Positions 42,086-53,494 are shown, counted from the first letter of the whole stretch. The stretch: 62,085 nt of DNA, filler included, from Sanchytrium tribonematis (GCA_018985235.1; 8 parts of 8 records of this genome joined end to end with filler, not necessarily neighbours in it); one strand, 5' to 3'. Notes: a model not told the origin generated them from the sequence alone. Translations and numbers: made by a program.

Positions 42086-42856
42086 TTATAACATTAGGTA
42101 ATCTACTTCCGTTGTATCGAATTTCAACTTGAACCATTCCAATTCGTTCAATTCTTCAACTGATTTAATTAGATTTGGATTGCAATTCATTGTACTTTCA
42201 AATAATTCTAAAAGCATCTTTGTTTGATCAGCATTCAGGCCTACCAAATTCAGTCCCAAGTCGTTTTCCTGTACTACATCTGAATCATCAATGATAAATT
42301 CATCTTTTTCATTAATACAAACACCTGCAGCATTTTCCATTTTGAACACCAATTGATAAATCATGACCCCGTAATTGTAAATATCTAACCAAATGGTGCT
42401 TATCTGAGTTTTGTCATTTAAAATCCATGCTGATGGCAATTGATAGTAAAACTCATGCGAAGTTCCAATTTTCAGATTTTGATTAATCTGAAATCCACTC
42501 AACTTGAATCCATCTTCACATTTCACAATCTGTTTATAACTCACACCTTTGGAATGTAGATATGTAATACCATTCAATATATCCACAGTCGCCGAATAAA
42601 GCTCTTTCAATGGCAAACTATTAACAATATCACTCGAAACTACACTGCATTCTTGAAATTGTACTTCAAATTGAGAAACAGTGCCCCCATATATACCGAG
42701 AACACGTACTATATTCGATTGTGGCTGCATTTGAAGATTTTCGAAAAATTCACTCCAAAAAGGAATGTTTGCATATAATTCAGCAAAATTGCGTTTGTAG
42801 AGTGATTTGTCAGATTTCAACAATGGCTGGCATAAAATAGCAAGATAGAACAACAT
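42086..42856 (-). CDS. Divergent pseudokinase with hydrophobic N-terminus, copy A
   Basis: NIVRV, DILNGITYLHSKG, IVKCEDGFKL, DIYNYGVMIYQL; catalytic loop shortened. Confidence 0.75.
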   Translation of the reverse strand: MLFYLAILCQPLLKSDKSLYKRNFAELYANIPFWSEFFENLQMQPQSNIVRVLGIYGGTVSQFEVQFQECSVVSSDIVNSLPLKELYSATVDILNGITYLHSKGVSYKQIVKCEDGFKLSGFQINQNLKIGTSHEFYYQLPSAWILNDKTQISTIWLDIYNYGVMIYQLVFKMENAAGVCINEKDEFIIDDSDVVQENDLGLNLVGLNADQTKMLLELFESTMNCNPNLIKSVEELNELEWFKLKFDTTEVDYLML

Positions 42857-42984
42857 GTGTCTCAAAATCCTCTTGAGTCTTTTTATTTGTCAAAAGACTC
42901 CCCTCATTTCTCCATCTGATCTGTGCACAGTCAAAATGGAAAATAGTCAATAATTTATTTCTTGCGGCTCTATGCTGATATGAG

Positions 42985-43824
42985 TTAACCCACGGATTGC
43001 TGGTCAACAGGAGGTATAGAGCGCGATTGCTTATTATCTGACGAGGCAAAAGATTCCTGAAACCATTGCAAATTAAATAAATTTTCCACTTTTTCAATCT
43101 TTTTCAAATCACAATTCATTGTTAATTCAAATAACTTCATCAAATAAGAATATTCTTCATCAGTCATTTCCAATACCATATTTTTTTTTTGGAATTTGAC
43201 CTTCATCTCGTCATCTGATAGATCGTAGCAGAGCTTTAAATAAATATCCCCAAATGACATTTCATACAATGATTTGGCATAGCTTACCAGATCCCAAATT
43301 CCTGAATGTAAGTAGTATACCCCCATCTGATTCCGTAGAGTAGGAGCATAAAGAGAGGCTACGAGCCATCCAGGATTTACAATCGAAATCTTTCCTAGGG
43401 AACCCAGATTCTCCAGATTTTTTAATTTGAATACATCACCACATTTTACAATATTTCTTGGTTGAATGTTCATATGATGCATTCCTAATATGTGTAGATA
43501 CTCTATCCCTTTCAACACGTCGATCGATAATCGCTTAAAAGTGGCAAAATCCATTGAACCTGAATTATAGAAATCACAAACTTCTGTGTACCAAAACATT
43601 CCATTTCCAGATTCAATCATGTGACATATACTCACAATATTAGTTGGTTTCTTATATCCGTACGTCCCGGTTGCGAAATTATAGTAATCCCGGAATACTA
43701 TCCCCTTATAATATCGCTTCTGGCAGGTCACTTGATGTCCATTATCCAACTCACAGTCTAAGTATCCTCTGCTATTTGTTCCAAGTTCTCGAAATCCAAA
43801 TAAAATGACAAATACAATCAACAT
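42985..43824 (-). CDS. Divergent pseudokinase with hydrophobic N-terminus, copy B
   Basis: DVLKGIEYLHILGMHHMNIQPRNIV (HRD to HMN), FKLKNLE (DFG lost), DLVSYAKSLYEM. Confidence 0.8.
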   Translation of the reverse strand: MLIVFVILFGFRELGTNSRGYLDCELDNGHQVTCQKRYYKGIVFRDYYNFATGTYGYKKPTNIVSICHMIESGNGMFWYTEVCDFYNSGSMDFATFKRLSIDVLKGIEYLHILGMHHMNIQPRNIVKCGDVFKLKNLENLGSLGKISIVNPGWLVASLYAPTLRNQMGVYYLHSGIWDLVSYAKSLYEMSFGDIYLKLCYDLSDDEMKVKFQKKNMVLEMTDEEYSYLMKLFELTMNCDLKKIEKVENLFNLQWFQESFASSDNKQSRSIPPVDQQSVG

Positions 43825-43994
43825 GTGTCAGAGGCACAGTGATCTTTTTAAATGTCTATTTAGCCCCCTTGTACCTCCATGTGATCTGTGCCAGTTGTAC
43901 GAAACATGAATTGTGATCTGTGCGTGTCTCACAATGAAGCACAATTTTAAAAGACATTTACAACATTCTACAACTCTTTTTACTCCATATTTAT

Positions 43995-45594
43995 TTATTT
44001 TTTACTTTTTAACAATGTAACCCCCTCTTCAATTCTACCCATCAATTTATCATGATCTCCCAATAATTCAATCACGTCACTCAATTCCATTTGTAATACC
44101 ATACCCACTAATTTACTCACTAATTCTGGCTCCATAGGTCGAATATATCCAAATAATGAATTACCAATCATCTTTTTAGCTTGCATTTCATCCATTTGAG
44201 CAACTTGAGCCAATGGGAGTGGTAATTTCACACCAGATGGCGTATCAATCAATGCAGCACCTCCTAATTGACCTGGTCTGCCAATGGGTCTACTCATTTG
44301 ACCACCATGGCCTGTATGGAGGGGTCTTGCCATGCCGCCCATACCTCTATTCATACCAGATACGCCTGTTAATCCCTGTAATGGACGCATTGGACGCATT
44401 CCAAGGGGTCTCACAACATTCATTCTTTCTCTATATTGCTGTTCCAACTGCATTCTCCGTTGTTCTTTACGCTGTGCCAATGCGACATATAATGGCTTAC
44501 TACCCACAATTTTACCATTCATTTCAGTCACTGCTTTACAGGCTTCATCACTATTCGTAAAACTGACAAATCCAAATCCCTTGCTTCTTTGATTTGCATC
44601 TCTCATGATTTTACAACTTGTAATTTCACCAAATACTTTAAATTCATTCATTAATTGGGTGTCTGACATTTGATCATCTATATTCTTAATATAACAATTG
44701 GTAGAGTTGGTTAATTCATGTTGTTTAGAGAGATTGGCTTGTCGTTGTTGCTTCTTTTGTGCGGGTGAGACATAGAGTACTAAATCAGGTAAATTAGATT
44801 CACCATTTGCATCCGATTGATCACTTTTTAATTCTGGGTGTTTCTCAATTAATTCCTTGACGGGGACATCATTTAATTGTAATGCGCTATTGGCACTTTC
44901 ATGATCTTCATAATTGATGAATGCAACACCTTGTCCATTGACAAATACACTGGTCATGGCTCCATATTCTTTAAAAATCAATTCTAAATCGGAATCTGTC
45001 CAATGTTTTGGAAATTGTTTAATGTAGATATTAGTGAATAAATCATTAGTTTGTCGTTCATTTTTAGGGATGAAGAGATGGACATGGACTTGTTGGCCAT
45101 TCATGTACTTTAAATGGACAGATTGGATGGCATTTAAAGCATCTTCTTTGGATTCAAAATGGACGAAACCATATCCTTTAGATTGGCCATTTGCAGTGGC
45201 TACTTTACAGGATATGATCTTGCCGAATTGAGAGAATGTATCATGAAGTGCTTTATGGTCGATATCCGGATGTAGATTCTTGATGAAGATATTGCCTAAA
45301 TGAGTTAAAATGACCTTCATTGGATTTACGGATGGATGGATCACGCTGAGACCACATAATTCTACATGGTTTATTCTTAATTGGGGTGTAATTTAATGAA
45401 AATGCTCTGTTGGCGTCATCAGGGTGCGCGAAATTGACATAAGCATAACCGAGGGATTGTCGGGTGATATTGTCACGACAGACTCTGACAGAGGAGACAG
45501 TGCCCACGACAGAGAACATCTCGAATAACATGGCTTCTGTGACAGATTTATCCAATTCGCCGACGTAGAGAGAGGTTGATGCTGGTTGTTGCAT
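43995..45594 (-). CDS. PAB1: Cytoplasmic poly(A)-binding protein; 2 exons (intron 45296-45314)
   Basis: Four RRMs and MLLE domain; splicing restores [21 protein letters not shown]. Confidence 0.97.
45296..45314 (-). other. 19-nt spliceosomal intron GTCATTTTAACTCATTTAG
   Basis: Exact restoration of the highly conserved RRM1-RRM2 linker. Confidence 0.95.
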
Positions 45595-45622
45595 TTGTTT
45601 AAAGGAGGGACCCCGTGAAGAG

Positions 45623-46495
45623 ATGGAATGGCCCGTGAATTGGAAAGAACGAGAGAAGCATCGTGTATTGAGGTTCTTTCATCATACTATATATGAGTTA
45701 GAGCATCCAATGGTGTCTGTGAGATGGAATAGTCGAGATCATCGAAAAGGCAAATTGCAACCCATTTCTGAATTAGAGGCGTATGAGATCCATAAATCAT
45801 TTGATTTAGTGCAGATTGATAATATATCATGGTATGTCGCACTATTATTTAGTATAGGGAGTATCTGGTGGGTCATTAATGGGATTTATTCATTTCATTT
45901 GGCAAATATGGCAAATTCATTAGAAATTGCGAATATATTTGGACTATTGGGTGGTTTGACCTTTCTATTAGGTGGCTATACCATGTATCTAGAGGGTTTA
46001 AATGTGAATAAACGACCCGTACTGATGCATCATTTGATGCTCATGAAATTACCCATCGAAAGTAGACATGAGAAATGGAGATGGGTTGGAAATGGGGATA
46101 TGCATGAATTAGGATATGCTGCAAGTGTATTACAATTTATTGGGACTATTGTCTTTGGAATTGGTCCAATTGTTGGCATTTTACAAGTAGAAAATGAAAT
46201 AATCTTATATTTGTTATATTGGCTCCCACAAGTCATTGGTGCCTTATTTTTGATACTCAGTTCATTCTGTATCATGTTTGAAGTACAGGATACTTGGTGG
46301 CATATTAAATTGACGAGTTTGGGATGGTATATTGGATTCTTCAATATTTTGGGAAGTGTAGGATTTTTCATTAGTGGATTTATTGGATTTTTTACAATGG
46401 ATGGAGTCGCATTGACCAGTTATCTAGGCAGTTGGTTCTTTTTAATCGGAAGTTTATTGCAATTCTTTGAGATTATTTACAAAGTAAAACATTAA
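45623..46495 (+). CDS. Integral membrane protein, fungal WxSRDHRKG / YrhK-like family
   Basis: [36 protein letters not shown]. Confidence 0.75.
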   Translation: MEWPVNWKEREKHRVLRFFHHTIYELEHPMVSVRWNSRDHRKGKLQPISELEAYEIHKSFDLVQIDNISWYVALLFSIGSIWWVINGIYSFHLANMANSLEIANIFGLLGGLTFLLGGYTMYLEGLNVNKRPVLMHHLMLMKLPIESRHEKWRWVGNGDMHELGYAASVLQFIGTIVFGIGPIVGILQVENEIILYLLYWLPQVIGALFLILSSFCIMFEVQDTWWHIKLTSLGWYIGFFNILGSVGFFISGFIGFFTMDGVALTSYLGSWFFLIGSLLQFFEIIYKVKH

Positions 46496-46520
46496 AAAGT
46501 GACTTTGTTATTTATTCATT

Positions 46521-46735
46521 TCATCCATGCATAAGTGCAAAGGGTGTTATGTCATGTTCTTTACTACATAAAGAACATTTTGGATCATTTCGTCGCTCAT
46601 ATTCTAATAAACAATTTTTATGCATCAAATTGCCACACGCGAGTCTTTCTGCTATTTTTACATTATCCGTCGGATATTGACATATGACACAGTTATTTAC
46701 TTCGCTACCTGTCTTAAAATAAGCCAATTCTTGAG
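46521..46735 (-). CDS. RING-finger protein, 3' part
   Basis: CVICQ..LACGNLMHKNCL..CSLC. Confidence 0.7.
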
Positions 46736-46835
46736 NNNNNNNNNNNNNNNNNNNNNNNNNNNNNNNNNNNNNNNNNNNNTTAATTAATTAANNNNNNNNN
46801 NNNNNNNNNNNNNNNNNNNNNNNNNNNNNNNNNNN
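46736..46835. other. Artificial contig linker
   Basis: Same spacer. Confidence 0.97.
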
Positions 46836-46940
46836 TTGAAGCATTTCTTTTAGCTTTCGAGGCATTTCCTGTTCGAGTTCATTTTGCTTTGGAGCAAAAT
46901 CTATTTTTGATTTTCTTTTTGTTAGTTTATTATTTCCCAT
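46836..46940 (-). CDS. 5' fragment of a basic protein, possibly CCDC137-like
   Basis: MGNNKLTKRKSKIDFAPKQNELEQEMPRKLKEMLQ, open to contig end. Confidence 0.45.
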
Positions 46941-47097
46941 CCCCTTTACTTTAAAACTTCAACTTGCGGCATTTTGAAGACTTTTAAAGACTGCTTGAGC
47001 TTGTCTTTGGTATCACAAGGTAAAGTACAATATTGTCAAACGCATTTGTGTAACAAAATTATTACTTAAAGGACTTGCCTGGTTTGAATAATATCGC

Positions 47098-47946
47098 ATG
47101 ATACATTTTGTATTAATCAATGCTTCGGAACTATTAAATTGTGCTCCAAATGTTGTTGTTACTGGGCTAAAATATAAAAATGGCAAACATGATCTTAAAT
47201 TGATTTGCGGAAATGGTGAAATAGAAGGACTCAATGTCGATCGCACTGGAAATTCGCTCTGGGGACACGAATCTTCATCAGTGGTAAATTGCGACGCAAA
47301 CACAGTTATGACGAGTGTTGAAACTAGCTCCGGATTTCGGGTTGGTTGTTCCAGACTTGAGCGACTCAAGGATTCAAATGTTGTGCCAGAAACAACTTCT
47401 ACATGTGTTGAAGTCGCAATCAATGATGACAGTAGTGTCAAATGTCCGTCTGGGTATGTTGGCAGAGGAATCAAAACTACCAAATCACACATTGCGAGTA
47501 TATTTTGCTGTCTTATCACAACTCCCAGTACAACAGGACCTGTACCCACTACAAAAGCATGGGTGGCGCCACCTATCGGAGCTGTTTTGCCAAGCGCGAT
47601 TGTGGTTAATGGACAAAATATTGGACCTGCACCTGTGATTTCGCAAGGACAACAGCAACCTAGTCTAGATCCATCTTTAGGCACTCCTGGACCCAGCAAT
47701 ACTCTATCAGGACAGATGGGACTTCCAAATGTCGATCCTGTAGCCATGTCTGATCAACGTCAACAGCAAAATTTAATTCAAGATGGTCAAGCTGGCGCTA
47801 CAAACGGATTTTCTACCTCTTTGTCATCAGGTATGGCACCTTCGAATTTATTTCCAAATCAATTTATGCCAAACTCCGCGCCTCAAAATCAAGGTTCTGG
47901 TGACCAACTAAGCCCGATCTCATTTCCAAATGCACCTCTTTCATGA
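47098..47946 (+). CDS. Candidate secreted protein with Cys-rich N-domain and P/Q/S-rich tail
   Basis: Repeated C-x-x-x-V-x-T-G/S..C units, CPSGYVGRG..FCC. Confidence 0.65.
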   Translation: MIHFVLINASELLNCAPNVVVTGLKYKNGKHDLKLICGNGEIEGLNVDRTGNSLWGHESSSVVNCDANTVMTSVETSSGFRVGCSRLERLKDSNVVPETTSTCVEVAINDDSSVKCPSGYVGRGIKTTKSHIASIFCCLITTPSTTGPVPTTKAWVAPPIGAVLPSAIVVNGQNIGPAPVISQGQQQPSLDPSLGTPGPSNTLSGQMGLPNVDPVAMSDQRQQQNLIQDGQAGATNGFSTSLSSGMAPSNLFPNQFMPNSAPQNQGSGDQLSPISFPNAPLS

Positions 47947-48076
47947 TCTTAAGATTGGATCGAATTAGTGCAATTTAATCATTATAGGTCAGTTGGATCA
48001 TATTATTTAAATGCAAGAAAGTATCCACTAAATAAATTTACAGTGTGATATAAGTTTCTCAAATTTCCCTTCAAAC

Positions 48077-48496
48077 ATGTACAAAAAGCTTTCTTTTGAC
48101 ATCTTGAAGCAAACTCAATTATACAAGGCGCCATCAATTGCAAAATCCCACATTGGTTTCGGTACTTTTATTCCTCAAATACAGCAATGCGAAATAAGAT
48201 ATTGCGAACACGGTGGATCCTCGCTTACATTGATAAATTTTTTAAAAAAAGAATTAAAAGAAATGGCAATCAATCATCCTTATGTTCACTTTAAAATTCA
48301 TCCAAGGCCGTGTAAACATCCACTTATTATTGGAAGATATGCGAATAATGATGTAAAACAAGTTTGCGTAAAAAATCTGACAATTGGCGAGATAAGGAAA
48401 CAGTTTTTTAATTTGTTGAATTCTCAAAGCGGTAAATCAAATAAAATAAAGCCCTCTCATATGCCAATTATTCCTGTGGAAAAAAGAGTGGCATAA
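48077..48496 (+). CDS. Mitochondrial ribosomal protein mL43
   Basis: YCEHGGSS, HPYVHF, HPLIIGRYANN..VCVKNL. Confidence 0.88.
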   Translation: MYKKLSFDILKQTQLYKAPSIAKSHIGFGTFIPQIQQCEIRYCEHGGSSLTLINFLKKELKEMAINHPYVHFKIHPRPCKHPLIIGRYANNDVKQVCVKNLTIGEIRKQFFNLLNSQSGKSNKIKPSHMPIIPVEKRVA

Positions 48497-48514
48497 TAAA
48501 TTCCTTGAAACATC

Positions 48515-49048
48515 ATGTACAAAATTGCAATACCGAATTTGAGCACTTCCCTTTCTAAAACTCAGATAAAACAGATAAAACAAAATATCATAGACAATTA
48601 TCCTAGTATGTCTGACCATATGGATGAGCTTGTGCCAAAGAAAGCCAACATTCAAATTGTCAAGAGTAAGGATGTGAAGACATTGGCGGTTGATCAGGTC
48701 CCACTATTCTTTGAATATTATGATGTTTGGCTACCAACTTTAACATTTTTGCACAAATATTCATACTTGAAAAAGGTTCAAGTCGATAAGGGTGCAATTA
48801 AGTATATTTTAAGTGGTGCAATGATAATGTGTCCTGGTCTGACATCTAAAGGTGGCATAATAGACGAAACTTTGCTGGTAGATAATATTGTAGCTGTAAA
48901 ATGTGAATCGAAAAATTTAGAAATAGGCATTGGTAAAATGAAAATGAGTGGCAAACAAGTGAAAACCAAAAATAGTGGCGAAGCAATAGAAATGATACAT
49001 GTCATTGGTGATGATTTATGGAAGTATTGTGTTGGTTTGCAGAAATAG
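48515..49048 (+). CDS. TMA20: Translation machinery-associated protein TMA20/MCTS1 (PUA domain)
   Basis: PTLTFLHKY, VDKGAIKYILSGA.IMCPGLTS, HVIGDDLW. Confidence 0.95.
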   Translation: MYKIAIPNLSTSLSKTQIKQIKQNIIDNYPSMSDHMDELVPKKANIQIVKSKDVKTLAVDQVPLFFEYYDVWLPTLTFLHKYSYLKKVQVDKGAIKYILSGAMIMCPGLTSKGGIIDETLLVDNIVAVKCESKNLEIGIGKMKMSGKQVKTKNSGEAIEMIHVIGDDLWKYCVGLQK

Positions 49049-49151
49049 TCAATAAATTTTTAAGCTACACAAAATGCAATAATACAACTCAAAGTCCGGG
49101 TGACAAGATTAAAACTTAATATTAAGATCTTTAAGTTCCCCTACAAATGAT

Positions 49152-49224
49152 GCCTTTATAGCTCAGTTGGTAGAGCGCTGCACTCGTAATGCAGAGGTCT
49201 GTAGTTCAAATCTGCATGGAGGCA
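49152..49224 (+). tRNA. tRNA-Thr(CGT), intronless
   Basis: Acceptor GCCTTTA/TGGAGGC, D-arm AGCTCAGTTGGTAGAGC, anticodon arm CTGCA-CTCGTAA-TGCAG, GTTCAAATC T-loop, TTTT terminator. Confidence 0.95.
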
Positions 49225-49232
49225 TTTTAAAT

Positions 49233-50474
49233 TTATTGACATGTAGATTTTAATAAGTGGAACGAATATTCGTATTTTTGTATGATAGGAGAACTGTCAA
49301 TATCAATAGTGTGACTGCTTGACTGAGAAATGACGCATTGTCCATGATCATCAAATAACGAATACGACTGAGTACCATCATCTTCAAAAGAGCCTTTTCC
49401 ATTTACTCCAATAGTGTAAGAAGAGATTCTTGATGTTGGAATAGCATCATCAATTGTATCACGTTCACAAAAAACAAGTTTTTGTTTAGGGAGACCATTC
49501 TCCAATCTACTTTTAAAGCCATTCAAGTGTGCAAATGCGGGAAGCCCATCAATCAGGTGCATCATGCCAACTCCACAATCTTGATTACCGATGTAGCCAG
49601 ACATATCTGGGTTAATGGAGATGATGGGAGCTGATAATTCAGGAAGGTGGATTCTAATTAGCAATGCACTAAACCAGTAAGCATCTTTATCTCCGAAAAG
49701 ATAATAATCAAAGTGAGGCTCCAAGCAAATATAATACGATAAAATCAATGTTTCTATATTCTTAGATTTCCTCATGACAATGACAGATGAATCAACTTGA
49801 CGTTGAAGGGTATAAGGTATATTCAATAGCCTGTACATCGGGTTTTCAGGGGTCATCATCCAATAATCTCTGAAAAACACTGAGTCAACAGATTCCAAGT
49901 AATGAAATACTTTAGCGAATACATCAACTGAATGGAGTAATGGAAAACAGTCAGAATCAAGATATACAAATTCTTCAAAAGATGTGCTTAACATGGCAAG
50001 TGGTTTTAAATAATATCTTCGTTCATTCGAGACTTTTTTCTGATATAACTCATGTTGTGCAAGATTAATTATTTTTATATCGAATTTTTTAAGTAAATTC
50101 ATATATTTGTCGTCTATGTCATCCGCATAAAATAGCTCAATTTTCAACGAAGTATACTCCTTTAAATAGTTGACAAGAGCTAGCAGCTCATAAATTACAT
50201 TATTATAGCCTAAAATTACAATGCCCTGCTTTTCTTTGGACGGCTCTACTTTAATATTTTTGATTTTAGGCAGAATTTCTTCAATTAAAATTTCGGTGTC
50301 AATTGTATTAACAATTTTGAAAGTTGTAGGATCTGGTGCACCAAATAATTGAAAACCATTAGGTTTGATGCCAAAATCTTTTGACTTCATTAATTCATTG
50401 GAATTTTGAGTGGAAATTCTAAGCCATAGTAAACAAAATACAAATGTAAGAGTTTGAATTATGTGTTTCCTCAT
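49233..50474 (-). CDS. GT71 alpha-mannosyltransferase (MNN1/MNN2-like), type II membrane
   Basis: GIVI, IELFY, LKPLAML.TSFEEFVYLDSD, FFRDYW, GDKDAYW. Confidence 0.88.
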   Translation of the reverse strand: MRKHIIQTLTFVFCLLWLRISTQNSNELMKSKDFGIKPNGFQLFGAPDPTTFKIVNTIDTEILIEEILPKIKNIKVEPSKEKQGIVILGYNNVIYELLALVNYLKEYTSLKIELFYADDIDDKYMNLLKKFDIKIINLAQHELYQKKVSNERRYYLKPLAMLSTSFEEFVYLDSDCFPLLHSVDVFAKVFHYLESVDSVFFRDYWMMTPENPMYRLLNIPYTLQRQVDSSVIVMRKSKNIETLILSYYICLEPHFDYYLFGDKDAYWFSALLIRIHLPELSAPIISINPDMSGYIGNQDCGVGMMHLIDGLPAFAHLNGFKSRLENGLPKQKLVFCERDTIDDAIPTSRISSYTIGVNGKGSFEDDGTQSYSLFDDHGQCVISQSSSHTIDIDSSPIIQKYEYSFHLLKSTCQ

Positions 50475-50527
50475 TTCCAAAGGAGGTTTCAACTCGTATT
50501 GGATTTTTGAAAATCTCCGTGTTTAAA

Positions 50528-51241
50528 ATGGAAAACTTATTAAGCCAATTTGCCAGGGCTCAGCAAGGTCAGTCACCAGTTTCCAGTCATCTGGTAGAAT
50601 TCAACGCTGGTAAAATGAAAGTGGAAGGAAAAAAGCTCGTGGCTGATAAGCGCAAAGGCGTTTTATACCTAGACAAAAAAGATGGAATTCTGCAATTTTG
50701 CTGGAAAGTAAGACAATCACAGGAGCCGGAAGATGAATTCATGGTATTCGGTGATGCTAAATGGGTCTGCGTAGATGAAAAACAGTTTATTTATTGTCTT
50801 AAATTTGATGGCGGCAATACTAGCTTTTATTGGGTACAAGAATATAATCACGAAGAAAAACTTAAGAAGATTTATGACCTAGTGAATGGAGATGTCTTAA
50901 AAAGTGCAGAAGGTGTTGTGAAGTCAAAAGATGGCACATCTGGCAAATCAGATATTAAATTGTCCGACGAATTTACACATGACTCTCTTAAACCTTTATT
51001 GTCTAACAAGGGTGTTGTAGATTCATTGTTTCCTTTGCTACCTGCAGACCACATTTTGGAGGAGGTTCTCCAGTCCGTACAATTTAAACAATCACTTTCT
51101 TCTCTAGATCATTTAATTCGTAATGGACATCTCAAAGATGTTTTGCAGCAACTTGGAGTTCAGTATAGTGGTGATGAAAAGGGCAGTCAGGCTGTAGAAT
51201 TGTTTTTAAAAGCTATAAAAGACAAATATTGTAAGAAATAA
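50528..51241 (+). CDS. RPN13: Proteasome ubiquitin receptor Rpn13/ADRM1
   Basis: PRU domain LVEFNAGKM, DKRKG, FCWK, FYWVQE; C-terminal DEUBAD-like region. Confidence 0.9.
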   Translation: MENLLSQFARAQQGQSPVSSHLVEFNAGKMKVEGKKLVADKRKGVLYLDKKDGILQFCWKVRQSQEPEDEFMVFGDAKWVCVDEKQFIYCLKFDGGNTSFYWVQEYNHEEKLKKIYDLVNGDVLKSAEGVVKSKDGTSGKSDIKLSDEFTHDSLKPLLSNKGVVDSLFPLLPADHILEEVLQSVQFKQSLSSLDHLIRNGHLKDVLQQLGVQYSGDEKGSQAVELFLKAIKDKYCKK

Positions 51242-51248
51242 AAGCCAT

Positions 51249-51871
51249 TTATTCCAAGATTTCTAGTACCTCCTGTATTACAAAGTTTCCATCAACTGGA
51301 GCCTCAACAATGTTATCGGGATAATCCACAAGATCGTTGATTGTAGAAACCATTTGCTTGACCCTATTCCATGGCAATTCTTTGTGGATCAGTTCTCGAA
51401 ATATTATCTTTGTTCCTTTTTCGTGGTACATTCGCATATCTCTTTGTATGTATAAAACATGGTCAATTCTAACTGTCTGCCTTAGTAACAGGAACCATCC
51501 AAATTCCATTTCTCGGCATTTTACTTCCAAATGGCTTTTCCCGTGATCCGAAAATTCATCTTCAAACAATTCCACATGACTGAAGTGTAAAATTGGAACT
51601 TGGGCTGATAATTTATCCAGAGGCATGAATGTATTATTTGGGTATTTCACATACTTTGATCTATAATTACCACAAATATCGCCAAAATAGTTCGTTAGAT
51701 AAGTCCAGTCATAAGGTTTTGCAGTAGTGTATTTAGAATGTGTCCACTCGTTATGCACTTTGTACATTACTCTTTTTTCTACGGTTTTCAAAGCGCCCAA
51801 TGAATCAAATTTAATTGAAAAATTTTGATTTTCAATCAATAAAAAATTGGTAATTAGTTTTAATGTTAGTC
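51249..51871 (-). CDS. TIP41: TIP41/TIPRL, 5'-partial
   Basis: KPYDWTYLTNY.G, LFEDEFSDHG, VKCREM, RIDHV. Confidence 0.9.
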
Positions 51872-51971
51872 NNNNNNNNNNNNNNNNNNNNNNNNNNNNN
51901 NNNNNNNNNNNNNNNTTAATTAATTAANNNNNNNNNNNNNNNNNNNNNNNNNNNNNNNNNNNNNNNNNNNN
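51872..51971. other. Artificial contig linker
   Basis: Same spacer. Confidence 0.97.
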
Positions 51972-52722
51972 ATGCTGCCTATTACAATGTAATGGACAAA
52001 TTACTTAGAAATTGTCAGTTGAAATTAAATTTATCCAATGGCATTCCAGTTGAATTTGAAATTTTGGATCATGTAATTGAGTTATTTTTGAGATTATTAG
52101 ATGTAGAAGTATTAAAAAAAACTCTTGTCCCTGATAGGCCACTTGTTCGATATAAAAGATATTTAGACAAGATTCATTTTGTGCGTCCTAATAATGATTA
52201 TTACAACAAATTACTACAAGAAACATTCTGGCAATACAAATTGGAGTTTAACAAATCTAAAGAATTAATAGAAGCATTTTTATCAGCGGAGGAACATTTC
52301 CAGAAGAACTTGTAAGACGAGCCAGTTTTAACAAACAACATGAATATTTGGAATTAATTAAAAAAGCGTCCAAGGCTAGGGATATGTATAGTGATTTTTG
52401 TTTAAATTGGTTATTGCTTGAGATTGATGATTATGATGCGATTTTACTTGATGATATTTGGAAGCAGTTCCCAGAGCATATTCCTAAATTGTGCTGCATT
52501 TTGGATGCTAAGGTGATGAATAACGAACCAGAACGAAAAAGAATTCACGATAAATACAAATTTTGCCTTAAACAAGGTCTAAAAAATCATCAACATGTAA
52601 AATCAATTCAGAGAGTCTGTATTGTTGGACTTTGCAAAAGATTAAAAATAGAAATGTCAGATGCAGTAAAAAACTCTATTCTATCAGATCCTGATCCATT
52701 CACTAGAAAAGTATTACAATAA
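51972..52722 (+). CDS. Hypothetical helical protein in two frames (break near 52246-52315)
   Basis: Two consecutive ORFs; no consensus intron explains the shift. Confidence 0.4.
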
Positions 52723-53494
52723 ATTGTAGTCGCTGCTGAGTACCCATTATTTTCAAGCCACAAATTTTGCCGAAAAGCAAATGGATATGGGGAAATTTCA
52801 GGTAAAGATAGATACATTAATAGAGTGCTCTCTGAGAAAGAAAGCAATTATTTATCTTGTAATATAAAAAAAGGGGCGATGCGATTGAGCTATTCGGCGT
52901 TTTGGCAGGTTATGACTTAACTTGGTTTGTCTATTTAACGGAAACCTGATCTACGGATAACCGTGTAGCTTTTTTCAAACACAATCCGCTTCTTATTTCT
53001 AAAGGAATTTCAATATAACAAAGGCGCCCAACTATATGGCATTCTTTTTATATGGGAATATATCAAAACTTCAAGGACTTATTATCTCATGCTTAATTTC
53101 ATGGTTATTTTGTATGGTTTTAATATTGTGAAGTGGTTCCAGAGTCATTAACAAAAACTCAGCAGATATTGATAAATGCATTAAATGAAATTCTTCATGT
53201 GGTGTTCTTCACTATGATATTCGAAAAATTTAACATTGTTGTGGATGATTGATGTTGTTAGATCTAGAACAAATGACCGCCTAGTATCTATTCTTTTGTA
53301 ATCGTTTAATTAATGAGAAGAAGCTAGAATATTTTGTTAAAAATAAAAATAAAGTTTAGCAACAGCAGATTTTAAACTAGATGATGCTTTAACATTCAAA
53401 CATTATTGATATGTAATTTGCAAAGTAAACATAAAGAGATTTTTAATTTTAGATACGATCAATTTCAAGGGCGGTTTGAAACAACTGCATTTAC

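Noticed and set aside
47013..47747. 244-aa antisense ORF, and the many other short antisense or nested ORFs in the track
   Set aside because: Shadows of real genes with no motifs of their own.
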